Source: the human T2T-CHM13v2.0 reference genome, Homo sapiens. Taken from it: DNA of 64,000 bases. The notes beneath the pieces are model-generated. The model worked only from the letters and a program-made list of their open reading frames with translations, ran no database searches and was not told the DNA's origin. Below are positions 1-29,109 of the stretch, piece by piece (the first letter of the stretch is position 1; every line of letters begins with the position of its first letter). Location of the stretch: assembly GCF_009914755.1 (NCBI RefSeq), contig NC_060947.1; one strand, written 5' to 3'. Made by a program: the position numbers and the translations under genes.

Positions 1-43
1 GAGACGAGGTCAGGAGCCAATGAACTCACGGAGCAATTACAGG

Positions 44-70
44 TTTCCCAATCCTATGAAATGAGGAAGC
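44..70 (+). promoter_or_regulatory. CSF2RA: CSF2RA myeloid TATA-less promoter: C/EBP-like site (TTTCCCAAT, 44-52) next to PU.1/ETS site (AAATGAGGAAGC, 59-70)
   Basis: Motifs seen directly ~50 bp upstream of exon 1. The CSF2RA promoter is known to depend on adjacent C/EBPalpha and PU.1 sites. Confidence 0.75.
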
Positions 71-109
71 AGGGGAGGGAGGGGCAGGGAGTGTATGATG
101 ACAGAGAGG

Positions 110-191
110 AACTCTGAAGGGAGCTACTCAGAAGCGGGAGTCTCCGAGAGAAGAAAAGCAGGTGGAAGGAGAGGAAGCGGATGCCGTGGGG
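110..191 (+). other. CSF2RA: CSF2RA exon 1 (5'UTR; start approximate)
   Basis: Ends ...GCCGTGGGG|gtaagc (donor at 192); matches recalled mRNA leader. Confidence 0.85.
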
Positions 192-613
192 GTAAGCTAA
201 GTTCTTTCCTTCTGTGGTCTTTGAGCATGTCGAGTCACCCGGGTACATGTTTCTGCTGTGTCTGTGGATAGAAAAGAAAGAGACTGAACTGGAACATAAG
301 ATTTCAAACGTTGGCTCGAGCCGAAGTGGGGACAGCGGCCCAGAAGACTGAGAGCCAAGGAACCTTGCATATGAGTTGTCTTCTGCCTTTGTTATATGCA
401 GGTTTTTAAAGGCAAAATTAAAAAAATAAAATAAAATAAAAAGAGGGAGGTGTTGTTGGAGGACAGGGAGGGGGCTTCTGTGAAGCTGTTTGCTGGGAAT
501 TCTCGTTGGTTTACAGAAAAAAACAATTGATTAATGATTGGCTGTACATTGCTAAGCTACAGGGCGTTGGGGTGTAGTATCTAGCACGGAATTATCACGT
601 GAATTCACAGCTA

Positions 614-2070
<1,457 letters not shown>

Positions 2071-2625
2071 AGCTGGGCGTGGTGTAATCCCAGGACTTTG
2101 GGAGGCTGAGGTGGGCGGATCACCTGAGGTCAGGAGTTCGAGACCAGCCTGGCCAACATGGTGAAACCCCATCTCTACTAAAAATACCCAAAATTAGCCA
2201 GGGCGTGGTGGCGGGCGCCTGTAATCCCAATATTTTGGAAGGCTGAGGTGACAGAGGATTGCTTGAGGCCACAGCAATTCCAGACCAGCCCGGGGCAACA
2301 TCGTAAGATTCCCCCATCCCTCGTGTATAAAAAAAAGATTAAATTATTACAAATTTTAAAAAAGACAGAAATGAAGCATCTTAAGTTACCACCCAGATTG
2401 GGGTACTAAGAGTCTGGATTTGGACAGCTTGTTGCGCGTTTTATAGGTGTGCTAAATCACATTTCACTCTTTTTGTTGAGACAGAGTCTTGTGCTGTCGC
2501 CCAGGCTGGAGTGCATGGTGCAATCTCCACTCACTGCAACCTCCACCTCCCGAGTTCAAGCAATTCTCCTGCATTAGCCTCCTGAGTAGCTAGGATTACA
2601 GGCACGTGCCACCATGCCCAGCTAA

Positions 2626-2949
<324 letters not shown>

Positions 2950-3053
2950 TAGATTTTTGGTTTAAACTCGAGAAGCTCTTCTCGAGGGCTGAAAGCTCTT
3001 GGTCCCCTGTAGGTTTGCTGTAGATGACAGACATGAGGCAGATTGATTAATAA

Positions 3054-3437
<384 letters not shown>

Positions 3438-3571
3438 TGAGGTTCAGAAGCTAGTACACCACATTGAGACTACAGAAAGGATAGGGGATTGGATCCTGGT
3501 ACAAAAAAAAAAAAGGTTATAGGGTTGGGGGGAAAGAGGAATTCTATTGAGGAGCAATATATAATTTCTAC

Positions 3572-4982
<1,411 letters not shown>

Positions 4983-5276
4983 TGACAGGCGTGAGTCACC
5001 GCGCCCGGCATGAAAGGGTTTTTCATTAAAAATCCTTGTTATACCGTGGAGCCCTGTGTTGGGGTAAAATATCATGATTTCCCTCACTCTCCATCATTCT
5101 TGCTTTGAATCTGAGAAGGAAGCTTGGCGGCCTCTATTTTAGGATCAGCCGAAAATTTCCAGAAAGGGGAAAGAAAACTCATTCTGTAAACACAAAAAAG
5201 AAGAAGAGAAAAAAGTATAAGCGGTACAGACAAAACGCAAAGATGTTGCATAATTTTCCGTGAGTGCAAAATGTCC

Positions 5277-8007
<2,731 letters not shown>

Positions 8008-8307
8008 TGAAGGCTAAAGAACTGAAATGTTTTGCTCCGTAATGATGAACCAGGATAGAAGTGAGAACTCAGGGCAGAAGAATCTGAATGAGGAACTGTC
8101 TGACCTATGACAAATTTAACATGTCACGTTCCCTCTGAGACAGTACACATCCTCCTGAAGCAGCGTGACAAGGCACATCCTCCTGAAGGGTCTCCAGGCA
8201 GAAGAGACGCATGAACCTGTCAAAAAAAAAAAAAAAAAAGAGCCGGCCGGGCGCAGTGGCTCAAGCCTGTAATCCCAGCACTGTGGGAGGCTGAGGCGGG
8301 GGGATCA

Positions 8308-9880
<1,573 letters not shown>

Positions 9881-9971
9881 GGCATATACTGATTTCCCAC
9901 AGTCTTGTCTGGGGAGGCATATCCTGGCCTCCTAGAAAGCATACACAGTAGCAGACAGGTGTGGTGGCTCA

Positions 9972-10250
<279 letters not shown>

Positions 10251-10375
10251 TTACGCAGTAGCTGAGAAGACAGGGAAAAGAGGTGAAGAAATGACAGAAA
10301 GCTTAGAAGTCGCTCATTATAACCCCTTCCTACCCCATCTCATGCTTCCCTTAAAGCATAAACGAAGGGTGCTTG

Positions 10376-12490
<2,115 letters not shown>

Positions 12491-12801
12491 AATAATAATT
12501 AATAATAATAATAATAACTAGTGCAAGAGAAGTACACAAATATCCCAAACATTTAGTGACTCAGCAGAGGGGGCCAGTCTCAAGGAACAGGACTTCTACA
12601 CCTGTTACCACCACCTGGGGAGTTGTATCTGAATCTCAAGGTCAGGCCCACCCAGACAGAACATGCATCTCTAGGGTGCCACAGGAGAGTCTGTCCAGTG
12701 CCCAGAAACACCTGCAAGACCCAGAAGCAGGCTCCAAGAAGCGGGGTGCCACAGTCCAGTGGGGGAAGCGGCCACATCCCTGTCATGTGGGCTACAGATG
12801 A

Positions 12802-13107
<306 letters not shown>

Positions 13108-13319
13108 TAGATGAGGTTTCACCGTATTAGCCAAGCTGGTCCCGAACTCCTGACCTCAGGCGATCCGCCTGCCTTGGCCTCCCAAAGTGCTGGGATTACA
13201 GGCGTGAGCCACTGTGCCCGGCCGAGAGACGCAATCTTTCAGAGAGGAGGTTTGGAGCAGGAACCTCAGGGTGGACAGATGGGTCCCACCAGGTGCAGAT
13301 GCTTGAACTAAAGATGCTA

Positions 13320-13646
<327 letters not shown>

Positions 13647-13744
13647 TTAGTTTGGTCCATAAAGGCGGGACAACTCAAAGTGGGGGCTTCCAGGCTATAA
13701 ATGAATTTAAACATTTTCTGGTTGACAATTGGTTGAGTTTGTAG

Positions 13745-14760
13745 CTCCTCCTCCTTCTCTTCTTCCTCCTCCTTCTCCCCCCTTCCTCCTCTTCCTCCTC
13801 TTCCTCCTCCTCCTTCTTCTTCTCTTCTTTCTTCTTCTTCTCTTTCCCCTTCTTCTTCTTCTTCCTCCTCCTTCTCCTCCTCCTTTTTCTTCTTCTTCCT
13901 TATGGGCTTGGATAGAAGTATATTGACATGGATCCACCATTTGTAGAATCATACCGAGTAGCTTCTTTTCTCCTCCTTCCTCTCCTTCTCCTCCTCCTCC
14001 TCCTCCTCCTTCTCCTGCTCCTTCTCCTCCTCCTCCTCCTGCTCCTTCTCCTCCTCCTCCTCCTTCTCCTCCTCCTCCTCCTGCTTCTCCTCCTCCTCCT
14101 TCTCCTCCTCCTGCTTCTCCTCCTCCTCCTTCTCCTCCTCCTTCTTCTCCTCCTCCTCCTTCTCCTCCTCCTCCTTCTCCTCCTCCTCCTTCTCCTCCTC
14201 CTCCTTCTCCTCCTCCTCATTCTCCTCCTGCTCCCCTTCTCCTCCTCCTTCTCCTCCTCCTCCTTCTCCTCCTGCTCCCCTTCTCCTCCTCCTTCTCCTC
14301 CTCCTCCTCCTCCTGCTCCTCCTCCTCCAGCTCCCCTTCTCCTCCTACTCCTCCTTCTCCTCCTTCTCCTTCTCCTCCTTCTCCTACTCCTCCTTCTCCT
14401 ACTCCTCCTTCTCCTACTCCTCCTTCTCCTCTTCCTTCTTCTCCTCCTCCTGCTCCTTCTCCTCCTCTTCCTCCTACTCCTCCTTCTCTTCCTTCTCCTC
14501 CTCCTCCTTCTCCTCCTCCTCCTTCTCCTCTTCCTCCTTCTCCTCCTCCTCCTTCTCCTCCTCCTCCCTCTCCTCCTCCTCCGCCTTCTCCTACTCCTCC
14601 TTCTCCTCCTCCTTCTTCTCCTCCTCCTGCTCCTTCTCCTCCTCCTCCTTCTCCTCCTGCTCCTTCTCCTCCTCTTCCTCCTACTCCTCCTTCTCTTCCT
14701 TCTCCTCCTCCTCCTTCTCCTCCTCCTGCACCTTTCCTCCTCCTCCTTCTTTTTCCTTTT
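13745..14760. repeat. (CTC/CTT)n degenerate trinucleotide polypyrimidine tract, interrupted at ~13900-13960
   Basis: Direct reading. Confidence 0.95.
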
Positions 14761-15158
14761 TTGCATAAAGAAGTATCAAATAAGAGTAGTTTCACTGCCC
14801 TAAACATCCTCTGAGGTCCATGTATTCATCCCTCCATCTGCCCAACGCCAACCAACTCCGGATCTTTTTACTGTTTCCATGATTTTGTCTTTTCCACAGT
14901 GTCCAAGTGTTAGAATGACTCAGTCTGCAGCCATCTCAAAGTGGATTCTTTCCCTTAGTCATAAGTATTTAAACTTCATTCATGTCGTTTTATGTACTCA
15001 CCCTTTTTTTCTTCCTCTTCTTTTTTTTTTTTTTTTCACTTTCCTTTTATAGCTGTTGCAAAAGTCAAGATTTTTTAAAAAATATAAAAGAGCAGGGCCG
15101 GGCACGGTGGCTCACGCCTGTAATCCCAGCACTTTGGGAGGCCGAGGCAGGTGGATCA

Positions 15159-15479
<321 letters not shown>

Positions 15480-15634
15480 CTAATTATTAACAGAAAGTAA
15501 AAGCTATGAAAAATGAATGAAAGTGACTGCAATTTCCTTGAAGTGTGTTAGAACCTGCCTTTAGTGTCAGCTATGGGTTCCCTCATGAAGGTCAGCTGAG
15601 CCATGACCCATGAACCATGGAAGCTTGACTCTAG

Positions 15635-15742
15635 ATTGACCATCTTGAGATGCCAAAGATGTCCACGTCCTAATCCCATGTGGGAGACAGAATAATGGCC
15701 CTGCAGACCTTCCCAGCTGGCCATGACCCCTCATTTGACCAG
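15635..15742 (+). other. CSF2RA: Probable alternative 5'UTR exon (exon 2b-type), 108 nt
   Basis: ctctag|ATTGACC ... TTTGACCAG|gtcagc, 117 nt upstream of exon 3. An additional 5'UTR exon is known for CSF2RA; the 5' boundary is less certain. Confidence 0.55.
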
Positions 15743-15885
15743 GTCAGCGGCTGACCACCATCCTGGGTTTGTTTCCCCAAATCACCTCCCTGGGGTCCCC
15801 TGCCAGGAATGTCCTGGGAGAGGCAACCTTCTCACTGTGTGATATTTTCTCTCCTGCAGCTCTTCCCTTCTCTCTGACCAGCACC

Positions 15886-15961
15886 ATGCTTCTCCTGGTG
15901 ACAAGCCTTCTGCTCTGTGAGTTACCACACCCAGCATTCCTCCTGATCCCAGAGAAATCGG
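15886..15961 (+). CDS. CSF2RA: CSF2RA exon 3 coding part: signal peptide [25 protein letters not shown] (exon starts at 15860)
   Basis: ctcctgcag|CTCTT acceptor, GCACCATGC Kozak context, TCGG|gtaagt donor. Confidence 0.97.
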
Positions 15962-16245
15962 GTAAGTATGGAAACCTGGCTGAACCTTCTCCGCGGCCCC
16001 TGTTTAGATGTCCTGCATCTGGAGACCCATCTGGATACCTGGGTCCATCTGCATTTCATCTCTAATGTTTATGAGGGACCCAATAAGCACCAGCCAACCC
16101 ACCAGAAGCTCAGAGCTCCTCTTGTTCTCACCTCCTTTTCTGCTGTTAATTCCCATCCACCCATTCTACAGATGAGAAAACGGAGGCTCAGATACCTCCA
16201 CAGTTTAACCCAACGACCATCCAGGTAGTGATGGGGCCAGGATGA

Positions 16246-17027
<782 letters not shown>

Positions 17028-17626
17028 TGAGCCGCCACACCCAGCCTCTTGTTTGTTGACTTCTTAATAGCAGCCATTGTGACTGGCGTGGAATGATAGC
17101 TCATTGTGGTTTTGATTTGCGTTTCCGGGAGGGACCCTCTTGACTGAGGGTGTCAGGGCCTCTGCTTCAGGAAAGTATTTCCAGGTTTTTGTGACCTGGT
17201 TCAGGGAAGACAGACAAAGACAGCTTTCTGTTTCTGCAATTTTCTCAAATTCCTTCAGCTTTATATTAAACTGCCAAGGTTCCATAATTTGGGAAGTGTG
17301 TTCAGAGCCACATCACTCTGGATAAAGAGCCTTTGCCTGTTCTCATTCAAGCGGTTTTCTTTCTCTGTCTCTCTTTTTTTTTTTTTTTTTTTTTTTTTTG
17401 AGACAGGATCTCGCTCTGTCTCCCAGGCTGGAGTGCAGTGGCGTGATCTCGGCTCACTGCAGCCTCAGCTTTCTGGGATCAAGTATCCTCCCACTCCAGC
17501 CTCCCAAGTAGCTGGGACTGCAGAAATACACCACCATGCCAAGCTAATTTAAATTTTTTTTTTAATTTTATAGAGGAGATCTTGCTATGTTGCCAAGACT
17601 AGTTTTTGATTTTTTTTTTTTTTTGA

Positions 17627-18232
<606 letters not shown>

Positions 18233-18878
18233 TAAATTTTTAAAAAAAAATTTTTTTTAAAGAGATGCGATCTTGCTATGTTGCCCAGGCGGGATCTGAA
18301 CCTACTGGGCTCAAGTCAGCTTTTTGCCTCAGCCTCCCAAGGTGCTGGGATTAGAGGCGTGAGCCACCACCCCCAGTCTTCAGATGATTTTTGAATATTT
18401 CTGCAGTAGAAATCTCCTTTTTCAGAAACAGCCAGGGGGCTGTGAAAAGGAGGGAAGATGGACAAGGGAGGAACAGATACCTGAGGATGTGGGACGTCCT
18501 GGGGCCATGTGGGTGACAGAGGAAAATCAGCAGGCTTCAGCCCTGAACTTCACCTCCCAGAGCCGGGTGGGAGGACAGAAAACAGGGCCGGCCGGGCACG
18601 GTGGCTCACGCCTGTTATCCCAGCACTTCGGGAGGCTGAGGCAGGCGGATCACCTGAGGTCGGCAGTTCGAGACCAGCCTGACCAACATGGTGAAACCCC
18701 CATCTCTACTAAAAATACAAAAATTAGCTGGGCATGGTGGTCGGCGCCTGTCATCCCAGCTACTCGGGAGGCTGAGGCAGGAGAATCATTTGAACCCGGG
18801 TGGTGGAGCTTGCAGCTTGCAGTGACCTGAGATCACAGCACTGCACTCCAGCCTGGGAGACAAAGCCAGACTCCGTCT

Positions 18879-18911
<33 letters not shown>

Positions 18912-18933
18912 AAAAGAAAAGAGGAAATTCTGA

Positions 18934-19152
<219 letters not shown>

Positions 19153-19451
19153 TAAAAGCAACAGGGCCGGCTGGGCGCGGCGGCTCACGCCTGTCATCCC
19201 AGCACTTTGGGAGGCTGAGGTGGGCGGATCACCTGAGGTCGGGAGTTCAAGACCAGCCTGACCAACATGGTGAAACCCCGTCTCTACTACAAATACAAAA
19301 TTAGCCGGGCGTGCTGGTGCATGCCTGTAGTCCCAGCTACTCAGGAGGCTGAGGGCAGAAGAATTACTCGAACCCGGGAGGTGGAAGTTGCAGTGAGTCG
19401 AGCTCGTGCCATTGCACTCCAGCCTGGGTGACAGAGCGAGACTCTGTCTCA

Positions 19452-19865
<414 letters not shown>

Positions 19866-20267
19866 TTAGCTCATGTCCACAATGTGTACCAGAGCCTGAT
19901 TCCCTGAGGCAGAGCCTATGTTACCGTATTTTACCCCAAGAGAAGAGAAATCCTGGCAAATGCAGTTGGATGTGCCCCTGGGTCTGTGGTGGAAGCAGGA
20001 CGGAGAAAAGTAAAGTGTCAGTCACGTTGTCAGTGTGTCACCGTCCTGGTTCCCCAAGGGATTAAGGTCAGGGTTTTTGGAACACAGGAGACAGAGACAG
20101 AAGAGCGGGGAGAGGGGAGGGAAGGAGGGAGAAACACAGAGAAAGGATAGAAGGAGGAGGGAGAGGAAGAGAGAAATATGGATGATCGATAGATAGGTGA
20201 TAGATGATTTATTGACTGATAGGTGATAATAGATGATTGGAAGATTGACAATCAATTCTATAGGTAG

Positions 20268-21232
<965 letters not shown>

Positions 21233-21306
21233 TAGAGTATAAGATTGAGTTTTCACCTGCAAGCTGGTATTCGGCGTATCCACTCAGAGCCCTCGGAGGA
21301 AGCTTA

Positions 21307-21685
<379 letters not shown>

Positions 21686-21689
21686 TCAG

Positions 21690-21813
21690 CTCAGTAACAA
21701 CGAATGTTCGTGCACATTTCGTGAAATTTGTCTGCATGAAGGAGTCACATTTGAGGTTCACGTGAATACTAGTCAAAGAGGATTTCAACAGAAACTGCTT
21801 TATCCAAATTCAG
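21690..21813 (+). CDS. CSF2RA: CSF2RA exon 5 ([19 protein letters not shown]...LLYPNS)
   Basis: ttcttcag|CTCAGT ... TCAG|gtaagc; 124 nt. Confidence 0.97.
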
Positions 21814-21901
21814 GTAAGCAAGACAGCTCAGGGATCCGTTTACAGCACTGGCCCCACCACCCCGCCAGCATCAAAGTACATCCCGTTGAACTTCGGAGTG
21901 A

Positions 21902-22346
<445 letters not shown>

Positions 22347-22597
22347 TAGTGATGTGATCTCAGCTCCCTGCAACCTGCGCCTCCCTCCAGGGTTCAAGTG
22401 ATTCTCCTGCCTCAGCCTCCCAAGTAGCTGGGACTACAGGTGCACTCCACCACACCTGTCTAATTTTTGTATTTTTAGTAGAGACAGGGTTTCACCATGC
22501 TGGCCAGGCTGGTCTCCAACTCCTGACCTCAAGTGATCTGCCTGCCTCAACCTCCCCAAAGTGCTGGGATTACAGGCGTGAGCCACTGCACCTGGCC

Positions 22598-23465
22598 TGT
22601 TTTTTTGGTTGTTGTTTTGTTTTGTGTTTTTTGTTTTGTTTTGTGTTTCTTTTTGTTTTGCCTTGTGTTTTTGTGTTCTTGTTTTGTTTTGTGTTTCTGT
22701 GTTTTTCTTTTGTTTTTGTGTTTTTTTGGTTTCACGTTTTTGTGGTGTTTTGTGTTTTTGTGTTTTTGTTTTTTGTGTTTGTTTTTGTTTTGTTTTGTGT
22801 TTTGTTTTGTGTTTGTTTTTGTTTTGTTTTGTGGTTTTTGTTTTGTGTTGTGTTTGTTTTTGTTTTGTGTTTTTTTGTTTGTGTTTTGGTGTTTTTGTTT
22901 TGTGGTTTTCTTTTGTGTTTGTTTTTGTTTTGTGTTTTTGTGTTTTTGTTTCATTTTGTTTTGTTTTGTGTTTTTGTGTTTTGTTTTGTGTTTGTTTTTG
23001 TTTTGTTTTGTGTTTTTGTGTTTTTGTTTTGTGTTTTGTGTTTTTGTGTTTTGTTTTGTTTTGTGTTTTTGTGTTTTGTTTTTGTGTTTTGTTTTGTTTT
23101 GTGTTTTTGTGTTTTGTTTTGTGTTTGTTTTTGTTTTGTTTTGTGTTTTTGTGTTTTTGTTTTGTGTTTTGTGTTTTGTTTTGTGTTTTTGTGTTTTGTT
23201 TTGTTTTGTGTTTTTGTTTTGTTTTGTGTTTTTGATTTGTGTTTTTGTGTTTTGTTTTGTGTTTGTTTTTGTTTTGTGTTTTGTGTTTTTATGTTTTGTT
23301 TTGTGTTTGTTTTCGTTTTGTTTTGTGTTTTTGTTTTGTGTTTTGTGTTTTTGTGGGGTTTTTTTGTTTTGTGTTTTTGTTTTGTGTTTTTGTGTTTTGT
23401 GTTTTTGTGTTTTGTTTTGTGTTTGTTTTTGTTTTGTTTTGTGTTTTTGTGTTTTGTTTTGTTTT
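22598..23465. repeat. (TTTTG/TTTGTG)n G/T low-complexity tract immediately upstream of exon 7
   Basis: About 870 nt, almost exclusively T and G. Confidence 0.95.
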
Positions 23466-23492
23466 CCTGATTGCTCTCTGAGCACTTTCTAA

Positions 23493-23711
<219 letters not shown>

Positions 23712-24085
23712 TGAAATGGAATTTGCCTTAAAATCTGTGTAACTGAGGCCACGTGCGGTGTCTCACACCTGTAATCTCAGCACTTTGGGAGGCCGAGGCG
23801 GGCCGATCACCTGAGATCGGGTGTTCAAAACCAGCCTGACCAACATGGGGAAACCCCATCTCTACTAAAAATACAAAAATTAGCCGGGCATGGTGGCGCG
23901 TGCCTGTAATCCCAGCTACTCGGAAGGCTGAGGAGAATCACTCAAACCTAGGAGGCGGACGTTGCAATGAGGTGAGATTGTGCCACTGCACTCCAGCTTG
24001 AGCGACAGAGCAAGACTCTGTCTCAAAAACAAACAAACAAAAATCTGTGTAACTTTGGTGCTGTAACAAATTAGAACTGAGCTGA

Positions 24086-24380
<295 letters not shown>

Positions 24381-24384
24381 TGAC

Positions 24385-24620
24385 CTCCCTCTTTACCTCC
24401 TTCCTTCTTTCCTTCCTCCCTGCCTTTCTGCCTTTCTTCTTTCTTCCTTCCTTCCTTCCTTCCCTCCCTCCCTCCTTTCCTTCCTTCCTTCCTCCTTCCC
24501 TCCCTTCTTCCTTCCCTCCCTCCCTCTCTCCCTCCCTTCTTCATTCCTTCCTTCTTCCTCTCCTTCCTTCTCCTTCACTCATTTCCTCCTTCCTTCCTCT
24601 TTTTCTTCATTTCTTCCTCA
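24385..24620. repeat. CT-rich (TTCC)n tract
   Basis: Direct reading. Confidence 0.85.
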
Positions 24621-25404
24621 CCAGCACCTCTTCGTGTCCCAGTGCCCTGCTCCTGGCTGGCCTCTTGGAGCCAGTCCCATATGCCCACATGCTCTCCTCT
24701 TCCCAAGCCCACCGCATCCCACCCGTGGACTCCTTCATCCCGTTGGACGTTCCCAGCCTCTTCAGGCTTAGGACTCTCACAGAAGTGTGACTCCTGCCCA
24801 CCAAGCCCATCCCCACCTCCCACCCTGGAACCCCTGCCCCAGTGGGTATCTCTCCTGTACATGGTAGCTGCCCCACCTCCACTTGGACCCAGTGTAGACA
24901 GGAGGAGACCCTGCCCCATCTCCACCTGGACCCAGTGTAGTCAAAGAGGTGTCCCTACTCCACGTCCACCTGGACCCAGTGTAGACAGGAGGAGACTGCA
25001 CCACCTCCACCTGGACCCAGTGTAGTCAAAGAGATGTCCCTACTCCACGTCCACCTGGACCCAGTGTAGACAGGAGGAGACTGCACCACCTCCACCTGGA
25101 CCCAGTGTAGACAAAGAGGTGTCCCTACTCCACATTTACCTGGACACAGTGTAGACAGGAGGAGACTGCACCACCTCCACTTGGACCCAGTGTAGACAGG
25201 AGACCCTGCACCACCTCCACCTGGACCCAGTGTAGACAAAGAGGTGTCCCTACTCCACGTCCACCTGGACCCAGTGTAGACAGGAGGAGACTGCACCACC
25301 TCCACCTGGACCCAGTGTAGACAAAGAGGTGTCCCTACTCCACATTTACGTGGACACAGTGTAGACAGGAGGAGACCCTGCCCCACCTCTACCTGGACCC
25401 AGTG

Positions 25405-26666
<1,262 letters not shown>

Positions 26667-26734
26667 CAGAGTAGACAAAGAGGTGTCCCTACTCCACATT
26701 TACCTGGACCCAGTGTAGACAGGAGGAGACCCTG

Positions 26735-26809
26735 CCCCACCTCCACCTGGACCCAGCGTAGACAAAGAGGTGTTTCTACTCCATATCTACCTGGACCCAG
26801 TGTAGATGG
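26735..26809 (+). ncRNA. MIR3690: MIR3690-like precursor, copy A (mature ACCTGGACCCAGCGTAGACAAAG at 26745-26767)
   Basis: Recalled miR-3690 mature sequence, known to lie in a CSF2RA intron; 1 nt different from copy B. Confidence 0.6.
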
Positions 26810-27037
26810 GAGGAGACCCTGCCCCATCTCCACCTGGACCCAGTGTAGACAAAGAGGTGTCCCTAGTCCACATCCACCTGGACCGAGTGTAGACAGGAGG
26901 AGACCCTGCCCCACCTCCACCTGGACCCAGTGTAGACAGGAGAAGACTCTGCACCACCTCCACCTGGACCCAGTGTAGACAGGAGGAGACCCTGCCCCAC
27001 CTCCACCTGGACCCAGTGTAGACAGGAGAAGACTCTG

Positions 27038-27112
27038 CCCCATCTCCACCTGGACCCAGCGTAGACAAAGAGGTGTTTCTACTCCATATCTACCTGGACC
27101 CAGTGTAGATGG
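27038..27112 (+). ncRNA. MIR3690: MIR3690 precursor, copy B
   Basis: CCCCATCTCCACCTGGACCCAGCGTAGACAAAGAGGTGTTTCTACTCCATATCTACCTGGACCCAGTGTAGATGG. Confidence 0.75.
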
Positions 27113-27491
27113 GAGGAGACCCTGCCCCATCTCCACCTGGACCCAGTGTAGACAAAGAGGTGTCCCTAGTCCACATCCACCTGGACCGAGTGTAGACAGG
27201 AGGAGACCCTGCCCCACCTCCACCTGGACCCAGTGTAGACAGGAGAAGACTCTGCACCACCTCCACCTAGACCCAGTGTAGACAGGAGGAGACCCTGCCC
27301 CACCTCCACCTGGACCCAGTGTAGACAGGAGGAGACCCTGCCCCATCTCCACCTGGACCCAGTGTAGTCAAAGAGGTGTCCCTACTCCACCTCCACCTGG
27401 ACCCAGTGTAGACAGGACCTACTCCACCTCCACCTGGACCCAGTGTAGACAGGAGGAGACTCTGCACCACCTCCACCTGGACCCAGTGTAG

Positions 27492-27782
<291 letters not shown>

Positions 27783-29068
27783 TGAGCGGTGACTCTGGGG
27801 TGAACACACTTCGGGTAGCGGAGGAAGAGGTGAAGGGTCTGTGGCCTGTGGAGCCACCTTGAAAGAGGTTGCAGGGAGGGTGGACAAGGATGATCCTGCA
27901 ACCATGGAACCAGGAAGTGGACCGGGAGGTGTGGGGGACGATGCCACAAGCAAGGAGAGCCTCTGCTCCACCTCCAGCTGGACGCAGTGTAGAGAGAAGG
28001 AGACCCTGCCCCATGTCTACCTGGACCCAGTGTAGATAGGAGGACACCCGACCCCACCTCCACCTACACCCAGTGTAGACAGGAGGAGACCCTGCTCCAC
28101 CTCCATGGAGACCCAGTGTAGACAGGAGGAGCTCTTGTCCCACAACTACCTGGACCCAGTGTAGACAGGGAGAGAGACTGCCTCACGTCCACCTCGATCC
28201 AGTGTAGACAAGAGGAGATCTTGTCTCACAACCTCCTGGACCCAGTGTAGACAAGAAGAGACCCTGCCCCATGTCCACCTCGAGCCAGTGTAGACAAGAG
28301 GAGATCTTGTCCCACAACCACCTGGACCCAGTGTAGACAAGAAGGAGAGACTGCCCCACCTCCATGGAGACCCAGTGTAGACAGGAGGAGCTCTTGTCCC
28401 ACAACTACCTGGACCCAGTGTAGACAGGAGGAGCTCTTGTCCCACAACCACCTGGACCCAGTGTAGACAAGAAGGAGAGACTGCCCCATGTCTACCTGGA
28501 CCCAGTGTAGACAGGAGGAGACCCTGCCCCACCTCCAACTACACGCAGTGTAGACAGAAGGAGACCCTGCCCCACCTCCATGGAGACCCAGTGTAGACAG
28601 GAGGAGCTCTTGTCCCACAGCTACCTGGACCCAGTGTAGACAGGAGGAGCTCTTGTCCCACAACCACCTGGACCCAGTGTAGACAGGAAGAGAGACTGCC
28701 TCACATCCACCTCGATCCAGTGTAGACAAGAGGAGATCTTGTCCCACAACCACCTGGACCCAGTGTAGACAAGAAGGAGAGCCTGCTCCATGTCTACCTG
28801 GACGACAGGAGAATACCCTGCCCCAAGGCCAGTGGGACCTTTCTGGATGGGTTACAGGAAGATATCTGGCCAGGAAGACTTCTGTGTTTGCAGCTCCTCA
28901 TCCTACCTGTCTTGTAGATTCGGGGTTTGTGGAGGGAGACCTGCCTGCCACTCCGCAGGGACTCCTTCCCATTTGGTGCCCACACCAGGGGAGACACTGT
29001 GTGAACCATCTACAGTGTTTTAGAAATGGAAACAGTGAGCCTTGTGTTGTGTTTTGTTTTGTTTCTAG

Positions 29069-29098
29069 AATACCCAGCCTGGCACGGAAAACCTACTG
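29069..29098 (+). CDS. CSF2RA: CSF2RA exon 9, 30-nt microexon (NTQPGTENLL)
   Basis: tttctag|AATACC ... CTACTG|gtaagt. Confidence 0.96.
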
Positions 29099-29109
29099 GT
29101 AAGTGAAAC

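Noticed and set aside
13900-14807. Poly-Arg, poly-Leu and Gly-Glu ORFs of ~200-290 aa
   Set aside because: Stop-free trinucleotide low-complexity DNA.
22533-23492. Long F/C/V/L and K/T/Q/N ORFs
   Set aside because: G/T-only repeat lacking stop codons.
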